The notes beneath the pieces are model-generated. The model saw only the letters and a list, made by a program, of their open reading frames with translations, was not told the DNA's origin and ran no database searches. DNA of 64,000 nt from positions 51,522,001 to 51,586,000 of the forward strand of contig NC_043010.1 in assembly GCF_006345805.1 (NCBI RefSeq), in the 5' to 3' direction. The stretch's first letter is position 1; each line of letters begins with the position of its first letter. This DNA is from Octopus sinensis. Lineage: Eukaryota. The translations under genes were made by a program, and so were the position numbers. This document shows, in pieces, positions 57,901 to 64,000 of the stretch.

Positions 57901-60633
57901 TTCTATAGCCTAGGGCTGACCTTGTTAGTGGATTTGGTAGACGAAAACTGAAAGAAGCCTGTTTGTGTGTGTGTGTGTCTTTGTGTCTGTGTTTGTCCTC
58001 CCCACCATTGTTTAACAACTGATGTTGGTGTGTTTACGCTCCTGTAACTTAGTGGTTTGGCAAAAGAGACCAATAGAATAAGTACTACGCTTACAAAGAA
58101 TAAGTTCTGGGGTTGATTTCATCATCATCATCATTTAGCGTCCGCTTTCCATGCTAGCATGGGTTGGACGGTTCAACTGGGGTCTGGGAAGCCAGGAGGC
58201 TGCACCAAGTCCAGTCTGATCTGGCCATGTTTCTATGGCTGGATGCCCTTCCTAACGCCAACCACTCCGTGAGTGTAGTGGGTGCTTTTTACGTGCCACC
58301 GGCACAGGTGCCAGACAGGGCTGTCAAATGGCCACGGACGGATGGTGCATTTTACGTGCCACCGGCATGGGGGCCAGGCGAGGCTGGTAACAGCCACGAT
58401 CGGATGGTGCTTTTTACATGCCACTGGCACAGAGGCCAGTCGGGGCGGCGCTGGCAACGGCCATGGTCGGGTAGTGCTCTTTACGTGCCACCTTCAACTA
58501 AAACCCTTTAAGGTGGCGCTCCAGTATGACTGCAATCAAATGAGTGAAACATGTGAAAGAATAAATTAATTAATAATTAACTCATTAGCATTCAAATTAT
58601 TCTCCCAAATGTAATGCTTATTTATTCACATTGTTTTGAATCTCATAACTTTGAGATTCTGATGTCATGATTGTTTATTTTGAGAACAACATTGTAGGGT
58701 TGGTGTGATAGGCCTGATCAGGCTAATTTGGACATAACACTTGTAGAATACTCTGGTGGATAAAACCAGGTTAAATATTGAGAGGAAGATTGATAAAACT
58801 TGACCATACTCATATGTACATGTATATCTTTTCTCTCTGACTTGTCTCAGTCATTTCAGTGTGGCCATGCTGGGGCACCGTCTTGAAGGGTTTTTATTCG
58901 AACAAATTGACCTTAGGACTTATTTTTTGTTTTAAAGCCTGGTTTTTATTCTGTTGGCCATTTTTGCTGAACCACTAAGTTACGGGGATGTAAACACACC
59001 AACACCAATTGTCAAGTGCATAACTGGTACTTACTTAATTGACCCCGAAAGGATAAAAGGCAAAGTTGACCTCGGTGAAATTTGAACTCAGAATGTAGCT
59101 GCAGACAAAATACCTATTTCTTTACTACCCACAAGGGGCTAAACACAGAGGGGACAAACAAGGACAGACACACGGATTAAGTCGATTACATCGACCCCAG
59201 TGTGTAACTGGTACTTATTTAATCGACTCCGAAAGGATGAAAGGCAAAGTCGACCTCGGCGGAATTTGAACTCAGAATGTAGCGGCAGACAAAATACCAC
59301 TAACTTTTCGCCCGGCGTGCTAACATTTCTGCCAGCTCGCTGCCTTGAACTTCTTTCAGTTTCTGTCTACCAAATCCACTCACAAGGTTTTGGTTAGCCT
59401 GAGGCTATAGTGCTATAATTGAAGACGTTTGCCCAAGGTGCCACATTGTGGAACTGAGCCCAAGACCACATGGTTGGGAAGCAAACTTTCCATATTAAAA
59501 CAACATCGACAGTAGCAGTGGTGAGGGGGAGGACCTGAGAATCATGTCTGGCTCTTATGCTTAATTTTCCACTTGGTTTCTAAAGCTGAATACTCTCCTT
59601 ATCACTAGTCACTTGACAGGATATTTTTCAGGGTGACAGTGTGTGGTGTGTAGATTGCTTGTAGACAACACCTGCTGAGGGGTGGGTGTTGTTAAAGGTG
59701 ACAGCAAGAGTTCATTACTGTTGCATATTTGTGGTGAGACATGATGTTAACAGCCTATCCTTTTCTATTTTATTCCAACATATTTTCTGGTTTTTTTTTG
59801 CATTTTTTTTCATATGTTTTTTTTATTTATATTGCAGCAATGTGTCAAAACTATGAATAAAATTGGTTATATGATACCGAAAGACAAGGCTACTAAAATA
59901 AAAGAGGAACTGCAGCTAAGTGAAAAAGATCGGTAAGTTACAAAGTTTACCAGTTTGTGACCTTGTGTGCATGTGTGTGTATACATACATACATACACAC
60001 ACATAGAGGGCGTTTCAGCTAAATTTGACAGTTTATTCTTTTTCTTTTACTTTTTTTACTTGTTTCAGTCATTTGACTGTGGCCATGCTGGAGCACCACC
60101 TTTAAGTTTATTGAGGATCTAATTAAGGCTTGTTAGTTTTGCCTTCAAATATTCCGCTATAGGTGCAAGTGTGGCTGTATGGTAAGAAGCTTGCTTCTCA
60201 ACCACATGGTTCTGGGTTCAGTCCCACTGCATGGCACCTTGGGCAAGTGTCTTCTACTATAGCCTTCTCAGTGGATTTGGTAGATGGAAATGCCCATCAT
60301 GTGTGTGTGTGTGTTTGTGTTTGTTTGTTCCCTCAACACTGCTTGACAACTGGTGATGGTGTGTCCATGTTCCCATAACTTAGTGGTTCAGCAAAAATCA
60401 CTGATAGAATAAATACTAGGCTTCAAAAAATAAAATCGTGGTGGGAGTTGATTCGTTTGGCTAAAGCCCTTTGAGGTGGTGCCCCAGCATGGCCGTAGTC
60501 AAATGACTGAAACAAGTAAAAGATGAAAGATGTAAATTCGCCTCTTTCCTAAACTTACTTGCTTTTCCTCTTCTTGAACAGGTACATTCTGGATATGTGC
60601 TCCAGCTCAGTGAAGAAGACAGATGGAGAGTAA
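10912..60633 (+). CDS. PTCD3: Pentatricopeptide repeat domain-containing protein 3, mitochondrial (mS39); whole gene span, 25 coding exons, ~662 aa
   Basis: Manual splicing: 25 GT-AG exons with consistent phases sum to 1989 nt including TAA. The translation shows PTCD3 family motifs [85 protein letters not shown], which I recognise from human PTCD3 (EEVVIPKKK, DDPYLMP, KPNLQTFN, IEPSLATY, RDLELAYQV). Basic Ser/Leu-rich N-terminus consistent with a mitochondrial presequence. Confidence 0.95.
12297..12391 (+). CDS. PTCD3: PTCD3 exon 2 ([32 protein letters not shown])
   Basis: tattttacag|G...TCAC|gtaagt, open in the required frame. Confidence 0.85.
12473..12866 (+). mobile_element. Helitron/Helentron-like non-autonomous element
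   Basis: Starts actagcagtatcgcccggc and ends cagctttatatatatagagat; no TIR or TSD; second copy at 52465. Confidence 0.65.
13737..14208 (-). mobile_element. hAT (SPIN/Buster/GTF2IRD2-like) transposase 5' remnant
   Basis: CAGGGGTGGGGAAACTT-type terminus at 14208; ORF 13918..14169 with BED-like [14 protein letters not shown]; continuation [16 protein letters not shown] in ORF 13498..13878. Confidence 0.8.
14907..14946 (+). CDS. PTCD3: PTCD3 exon 3 ([13 protein letters not shown])
   Basis: ttcttttag|GT...AAAAG|gtaagt; conserved IVIPK motif. Confidence 0.92.
16356..16927 (+). mobile_element. SINE family B (RTE-like (GAT)n tail, internal ~60-bp tandem units)
   Basis: Ends catggaaagcggacgttaaatgatgatgat; related copies at 1-80, 5835-6110, 31395-31935, 43213-43520 and 58118-58495. 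Confidence 0.8.
17008..17053 (+). CDS. PTCD3: PTCD3 exon 4 ([16 protein letters not shown])
   Basis: aaatcag|A...AAG|gtgagt; conserved motif. Confidence 0.93.
17159..17653. mobile_element. Tc2/pogo-like MITE (~500 bp)
   Basis: TA|ccgtaaatcctcgagtata...tatactcgaggatttacgg|TA; second copy at 47019. Confidence 0.85.
17955..18345 (-). mobile_element. SINE family A
   Basis: Same consensus. Confidence 0.85.
18607..18800. repeat. Compound (TA)n/(CA)n microsatellite
   Basis: Direct inspection. Confidence 0.9.
18898..18966 (+). CDS. PTCD3: PTCD3 exon 5 ([23 protein letters not shown])
   Basis: atttcag|GAT...AAA|gtaagt; DDPYL motif. Confidence 0.95.
20289..20836 (+). mobile_element. Helitron-like non-autonomous element (different family)
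   Basis: actagcaatataatccggctttgcacggg start; (CA)n then ccttttatatata end. Confidence 0.45.
20937..21041 (+). CDS. PTCD3: PTCD3 exon 6 ([35 protein letters not shown])
   Basis: ttttcag|AGA...CCG|gttagt. Confidence 0.93.
21311..21819 (-). mobile_element. SINE family B, inverted relative to 16356-16927
   Basis: Near-identical reverse-complement copy (identical spurious ORF start [19 protein letters not shown]). Confidence 0.8.
22485..22611 (+). CDS. PTCD3: PTCD3 exon 7 (SFMPHVEKG...[11 protein letters not shown])
   Basis: tgtttag|AGC...GGAG|gtaata; open frame, phase-consistent. Confidence 0.9.
23296..23340 (-). ncRNA. Minimal type I hammerhead ribozyme motif
   Basis: Minus strand: CACACG-CUGAUGA-UAGGU aaac ACCUU-GAAA-C UCGA G-UC^CGUGUG. 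Perfect 6-bp helix I, intact core, palindromic UCGA loop III, GUC cleavage triplet. Confidence 0.85.
23579..23623 (+). ncRNA. Minimal type I hammerhead ribozyme motif, sense to PTCD3 (intron 7)
   Basis: CACACG-CUGAUGA-UAGGUAAACACCUU-GAAA-CUCGAG-UC^CAUGUG; same motif with one helix I mismatch; predicted cut after 23617. Confidence 0.8.
24805..25270 (-). mobile_element. CR1-type LINE 3' remnant
   Basis: Minus frame [38 protein letters not shown]..., typical CR1 ORF2 C-terminus, followed by a simple-repeat tail. Confidence 0.75.
25323..25479 (+). CDS. PTCD3: PTCD3 exon 8 ([23 protein letters not shown]...IKNTW)
   Basis: gcttacag|GA...TGGAA|gtacgt. Confidence 0.93.
26110..26632. mobile_element. 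Foldback/MITE with ~90-110 bp terminal inverted repeats
   Basis: Left arm ttttagatatcagagattacgaatatgcaaaaaaaa is inverted in right arm ttttttgcatattcgtaactccaatatctaaaa; the outer cttgaaaaatgcatttttt / aaaaatgcacttttcaag also pair. Confidence 0.65.
26743..26830 (+). CDS. PTCD3: PTCD3 exon 9 ([30 protein letters not shown])
   Basis: tttttcag|A...AAG|gtgatt; PPR-like motif. Confidence 0.92.
28384..28789 (-). mobile_element. SINE family A, 35 nt upstream of exon 10
   Basis: Near-consensus full copy. Confidence 0.85.
28825..28885 (+). CDS. PTCD3: PTCD3 exon 10 ([20 protein letters not shown])
   Basis: tgtttcag|TAT...CCAG|gtaaga; second helix of a PPR repeat. Confidence 0.93.
29475..29557 (+). 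CDS. PTCD3: PTCD3 exon 11 ([28 protein letters not shown])
   Basis: cttttccag|TG...CTT|gtgagt; bridges phase 1 to phase 0. Confidence 0.92.
29995..31390. repeat. ~1.4-kb interrupted (TA)n/(TATG)n microsatellite
   Basis: Direct inspection. Confidence 0.95.
32405..33900 (+). repeat. Tandem array of ~4 units (~330-350 bp) derived from SINE family B
   Basis: gtgaagacc...gaggcaagtgaaaatcaaa recurs near 32419, 32770, 33099 and 33426; only the last unit carries the (GAT)n tail. Confidence 0.85.
34385..34565. repeat. Polypyrimidine (CT-rich) low-complexity tract upstream of exon 12
   Basis: Direct inspection. Confidence 0.8.
34640..34790 (+). CDS. PTCD3: PTCD3 exon 12 ([25 protein letters not shown]...EMKNCGI)
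   Basis: tttttag|AAC...ATTG|gtaagc; canonical PPR; overlaps ORF 34655..34867. Confidence 0.95.
36230..39664. repeat. 3.4-kb complex satellite with higher-order structure (PTCD3 intron 12)
   Basis: ~11-14-bp A/T-tract units (aaaattttcgaa, aaaattttcggtgg, aaaatttttgggg) interspersed with 20+ copies of a ~32-bp unit aagtatggaaggccagcggtgccaaaatcaca; higher-order offsets of 576 and 716 bp seen from identical ORFs. Confidence 0.9.
39855..39908 (+). CDS. PTCD3: PTCD3 exon 13 ([18 protein letters not shown])
   Basis: ttttacag|AA...GAGA|gtgagt. Confidence 0.92.
41214..41291 (+). CDS. PTCD3: PTCD3 exon 14 ([26 protein letters not shown])
   Basis: catgacag|AT...GATT|gtgagt. Confidence 0.92.
42653..42681 (+). 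CDS. PTCD3: PTCD3 exon 15 ([10 protein letters not shown]), 29 nt
   Basis: cttttccag|TT...AAG|gtaagt; matches the KFFQSAM region of human PTCD3. Confidence 0.9.
43785..43894 (+). CDS. PTCD3: PTCD3 exon 16 ([36 protein letters not shown])
   Basis: ttctgcag|TGC...TTA|gtgagt. Confidence 0.95.
44024..44620 (+). mobile_element. SINE family A with a nested SINE family B fragment
   Basis: Head at 44024, B-family insert 44215-44412, tail to 44620. Confidence 0.8.
45063..45478 (-). mobile_element. SINE family A
   Basis: Same consensus. Confidence 0.85.
45758..45836 (+). CDS. PTCD3: PTCD3 exon 17 ([27 protein letters not shown])
   Basis: atttcag|T...AAT|gtaagt. Confidence 0.93.
47019..47530. mobile_element. 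Tc2/pogo-like MITE, second copy
   Basis: Same TIRs, TA flanks and internal sequence as 17159-17653. Confidence 0.85.
47588..47678 (+). CDS. PTCD3: PTCD3 exon 18 ([30 protein letters not shown])
   Basis: gctgtag|ATG...TCTG|gtaagt. Confidence 0.93.
48227..48311 (-). ncRNA. Degenerate type I hammerhead ribozyme motif (core G5->A)
   Basis: Minus: AAGAC-CUAAAGA-GUGACUAUAUUU...AAAUAUAGCCAC-GAAA-C ACGU G-UA^GUCCU; ~12-bp helix II closed by G-C, palindromic ACGU loop III. Confidence 0.6.
49425..49504 (+). CDS. PTCD3: PTCD3 exon 19 ([27 protein letters not shown])
   Basis: gttttag|AC...GAG|gtaagt. Confidence 0.92.
49580..49670 (+). mobile_element. RTE-type LINE ORF fragment
   Basis: [26 protein letters not shown] resembles the RTE TKLKVYRAVVLTTLLYG motif. 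Confidence 0.5.
50816..50901 (+). CDS. PTCD3: PTCD3 exon 20 ([28 protein letters not shown])
   Basis: tttttcag|CTC...TTGT|gtaagt; FAD motif as in human VAFADCA. Confidence 0.92.
51760..51980 (-). mobile_element. tRNA-derived SINE family C
   Basis: Minus head gcggcgagctggcag...gagttcaaattccgccgaggtcgac; other copies at 40180, 50460, 59010-59345 and 63140-63540. Confidence 0.75.
52309..52377 (+). CDS. PTCD3: PTCD3 exon 21 ([23 protein letters not shown])
   Basis: attctag|A...CTG|gtatgt. Confidence 0.9.
52465..52860 (+). mobile_element. Helitron/Helentron-like non-autonomous element, second copy
   Basis: Colinear with 12473-12866. Confidence 0.65.
53205..53540 (-). mobile_element. tRNA-derived SINE family D
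   Basis: Minus head ggctcagtggttagagcgtcgagc...gagttcgaatccc; other copies at 5290-5760, 8400-8620, 46075-46390 and 61370-61710. Confidence 0.75.
54756..54809 (+). CDS. PTCD3: PTCD3 exon 22 ([18 protein letters not shown])
   Basis: cttatag|G...CCAG|gtaagt. Confidence 0.9.
55221..56195 (-). mobile_element. maT (DD37D-type) Tc1/mariner transposase remnant, 5'-truncated
   Basis: Minus translation [53 protein letters not shown]; caagggtgcataag terminus at 55221. Confidence 0.8.
56198..56924 (+). mobile_element. mariner (DD34D) transposase C-terminal remnant with 3' TIR
   Basis: ORFs 56198-56789 contain TSDEKW, LLQDNA and [13 protein letters not shown]; the TIR ends ...taatgacctga|TA. Confidence 0.88.
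56949..57012 (+). CDS. PTCD3: PTCD3 exon 23 ([22 protein letters not shown])
   Basis: tttttcag|T...TTG|gtaagt. Confidence 0.88.
57216..57603 (+). mobile_element. SINE family A
   Basis: Same consensus. Confidence 0.85.
59838..59932 (+). CDS. PTCD3: PTCD3 exon 24 ([31 protein letters not shown])
   Basis: attgcag|CAA...ATCG|gtaagt. Confidence 0.88.
60582..60633 (+). CDS. PTCD3: PTCD3 last coding exon 25 ([17 protein letters not shown])
   Basis: cttcttgaacag|G...GAG TAA; phase 2 fits exon 24. Confidence 0.85.
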
Positions 60634-60734
60634 CAAGAAACATTTAAAAGCTGTAGTGTAATTTTGTTGGCACTGTGGAACAAAACTTTTGCAACCAGAA
60701 GCAGCAGCAGGAATATGTATTTGATTGATTCTTG

Positions 60735-60795
60735 TATAAAGTGTATTTTTTATTCAGTTGACATGAAATCCTGTTTGTTGTTGTTGTTGTTTTAC
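60735..60795 (+). terminator. Candidate poly(A) region: variant TATAAA followed by a T/GT-rich tract (alternative AATAAA at 61021 and 62108)
   Basis: Motif position ~100 nt after the stop codon; no transcript data. Confidence 0.25.
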
Positions 60796-63700
60796 TCCTG
60801 ATTGTTGAAACTGAAAGTGTTAGAGGATCTGGCAATGTATCATGTTAAAAAAAATATATGTTAGTGACAGAGGCAGTATCAATGCCCAGAGATAATATTT
60901 ATCCCCACTTAAATGTGGATGTTCTGTTAGAACAAAGTATACTGAGGTAGATATCATGAGGGAAACTCTCATATTAACTTTTGGTGCAAAATGCACTCTT
61001 GTTTATATCACTGGTGGGGAAATAAATCCCTGCCACCTCCAGCACCAAGCCCACCAGATCACATGATTTCGACATTCCTTGATCTAATCGATGATGGATG
61101 CTTGACTGTTAGAGATAGCAGCAACTCATCTCCCCACCAGCAATATATTGGAAAATGGTGCCAGAACAGGCACTGGTGTTGTGATTAGCCAGTGAGATTG
61201 TTAAAAAATATATATTAGCGACAAAAACAATATTAATATCCGAGAGGTAATATTTATCCCCACTTAAAAGTGGATCTTCTGTTAGAATAGACAGTATTGT
61301 GGGAGATACCTTGAGAGAAACTCTCATATTGGCTTTTCGTGCAAAAGGGTAAAGGCCCTCTTCTAAAAGGATAATGACCCTCTTCGGTCGTGAATGACCA
61401 TGGGATTGCACTTAGAAAGTTTCCCCTCTTTGGCACAAGTTTGAGCAAAGTTGTTTATGGAAGGCCATCAGTCACCCATGCATAACAGCCTCCCCTCTCC
61501 ATGCCACCAATGTTGTCCAAGGGGAAGGCAAAGGTCAATATAGCTTGGCACCAGTGATGTCACAACTCATTTCTACAACTGAGATAACTGGAACAACGTG
61601 AAGTAAAGTGTCTTGCTCAAGAACACAACACACAGCCCAGTCTGAGAATCAAACTCACTACCTCATGATTGTGAGCCCAATGCTCTGACTACTGAGCCAT
61701 GTGCCTTCACACCTTTTTACCACTAATGGCGAGATAAATTTCTGCCATCTGCAGTGCCAAGACCATCAGATCACATGATTTTGACCTTTATTGGTCTTGT
61801 CAACGATGGACGCTTGACCACTAGAGATAGTTTTTTTTCTAACAGAACATTCACGTTTAAGTAGGGGTAAATATCACCTCAAATGTATCATATAGTCCAT
61901 CTGCAAGAATCCTCTGCTTTGCAAAGTCTGAATCAAGGAGACTTATTGTCAATACATCTCAACATATAAATTTGATAACATAGTCAACCTGAATTTTGTT
62001 ATAACATCAACAATGATGATGATGAGGCTGCTGATGCTGTTGATGGTGTTTATGATGATTAAAGATTTTCATATTTTAATGGTGTTAAATTTTAATTTTG
62101 TCATTTGAATAAAGAGAAAAGTGATTATCTTCTTGTAAGCATTGAATTGGTAGAATTGTTAGACCATTCCTTACCTTAAGCCCTTTGCACCCTATGGCGC
62201 AGGGGCCATTAATGACCTTTACTTCACTGTTCTTGATTCTGGGCTGTCATTAAACCTTTTACATAACTCTGTTACATGTAATGCCTATTTATTCACATTA
62301 TTTTTAATTAATCATGTATTATCTTGTAGCTTCAAGATTTCGATGCCCTGATTGTTTATTTTTAGAATCACGTTATAAAATAAGTGTAAGAGGTTGAATT
62401 CTGGCCAGTAGAATATTTGGGCCAGATATGGCCAGTCTAAATGCTAAAGTGTTAAGGCCTACCCTCCCTGGTTTTCTTGGTTTTGAATTGCTTTTGTAAC
62501 TTTGCTTTTCTTTTTCTAGGTAGGGATCTTCACCTCATGCAGACCCATTTTAATCTCTGGTTTAAAATGGTAGTCCATATTAGTCTAGCCTCTGTCTTTT
62601 GACCTGTCCAGCATGAAAGACCCTACCAGGAATTTGTACCCCACTGGTGTAGTTCTCAGGATCTTGAGGCACACAAGCCACATACTGCTACAAAAACTAG
62701 ACCTTGTGACAACTGAGTCATTAGAGCATCGGATAAAACGCATAGGAGTATTTTTTCTGCTTTGTTATATTCTATTTTCAAGCTTCATTTTTCATTCTTC
62801 CAAGATTAACAAAGTACAAAGAGTGGTGGACCTGTGAAGTGGTTCAGTTTTCTGAAATGGTGCCTTGTGGTAATTACTCCCTGTACCTGTTTCTATTTAC
62901 TGCAATAGGGGCGTCCAGCTCACAATCATAAAGTCATGAGTTTGATTGTATCGCATTGTGTCGTTGAATGAGGTACACTGTGTCCTTGAGCGAGACACTT
63001 TATTTCATATTGCTCCAGTCCACTCAAATGGCAAAAATGAGATGTGCCTGTAACTGAAAATGTCAGCCTTGTCACATTCGGTGTCATACTGAATCTCTCT
63101 GAGAACTATGCTAAGGATGTGTGTATCTGTGGAGTACTCACAAGGGGCTAAACATAGAGGGGACAAACAAGGACAGACAAAGGGGTTAAGTTGATTACAT
63201 CGATCCCAGTGCGTAACTGGTACTTAATTTATCGACCCTGAAAGGATGAAAGGCAAAGCCGACCTCAGCGGAATTTGAACTCAGAATGTAATGGCAGACG
63301 AAATACCTATTTCTTTACTACCCACAAGGAGCTAAACACAGAGGGGACAAACAAAGACAGACAAACGGATTAAGTTGATTACATCAACCCCAGTGCATAA
63401 CTGGTACTTAATTTATCGACCCTGAAAGGATGAAAGTCAAAGTCGACCTTGGCGGAATTTGAACTCAGAGAGTAATTTCAGACAAAATACCGCTAAGCAT
63501 TTCGCCAGGCGTGCTAACGTATCTGCCAGCTCGCCGCTTTCATGAAGAGTCTGTTCTGTTGATCAAATCAACTGGAACCGACATTGTTGTAACTTGCAGA
63601 AAACCAGTTGGCTGAAAAACTTCATAAAAAAGAAATGGTCTCTACAAGCTAAAGCAACCCGCCTTGGAGAGTGATAATTTCGAATACAAATAGACCCAAT

Positions 63701-64000
63701 ATAGGAGGAACTCTTTAGTTCTGGCAGTCAGTGTGTCTAATACCCGTGGCATGATAAACCATATCTTGTACTAATCCTTATATAGATAGAAATGCCACAG
63801 AATCTCCAAAAACTAGAAACCCTTAATTATTATTTTAGCATAATTAATTAGTGATCATTATGATGAAGACAATCATGCACTATCATATATAATAATACCA
63901 CCTTGAACCTTTTAACTAGGCTAACCTTAAGAGAATGGAAGACAACTCAGCATAGATGCAACTCTAAGATATAAAAGATTCACAGGCAACAAGTATATGA

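Noticed and set aside
62197-62209. 13-nt perfect complement to U6 snRNA (GCGCAGGGGCCAT); tempting because, as I recall, human PTCD3 hosts the U6-guide snoRNA SNORD94
   Set aside because: Lies downstream of the last coding exon, lacks properly placed C/D boxes and a terminal stem, and sits in what looks like an RTE-LINE 3' end with a (gtaag)n-type tail on the minus strand. An Rfam SNORD94 CM scan would settle it.

Overview
Eukaryotic (metazoan) genomic DNA, very AT-rich and repeat-dense. The SINE/MITE families look like those of octopod cephalopods; this is my recognition, not a database result. The window holds one complete protein-coding gene, PTCD3/MRPS39 (mitochondrial pentatricopeptide-repeat ribosomal protein). 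I reconstructed it by hand as 25 coding exons on the + strand (10912-60633). All introns are GT-AG with consistent phases, giving a 1989-nt CDS (662 aa). The six-frame ORF track almost entirely misses it, and most listed ORFs are microsatellite, SINE or satellite artefacts. Introns and flanks carry tRNA-derived and RTE-tailed SINEs, mariner/maT/hAT transposase remnants, piggyBac-, Tc2/pogo- and Helitron-like non-autonomous elements, CR1/RTE/Penelope retroelement remnants, a 1.4-kb (TA)n tract and a 3.4-kb higher-order satellite. The most interesting signal is in intron 7: two minimal type I hammerhead ribozyme motifs, one on each strand, inside a nested ~230-bp inverted repeat of Penelope pseudo-LTR/retrozyme type. 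A third, degenerate hammerhead lies in intron 18.
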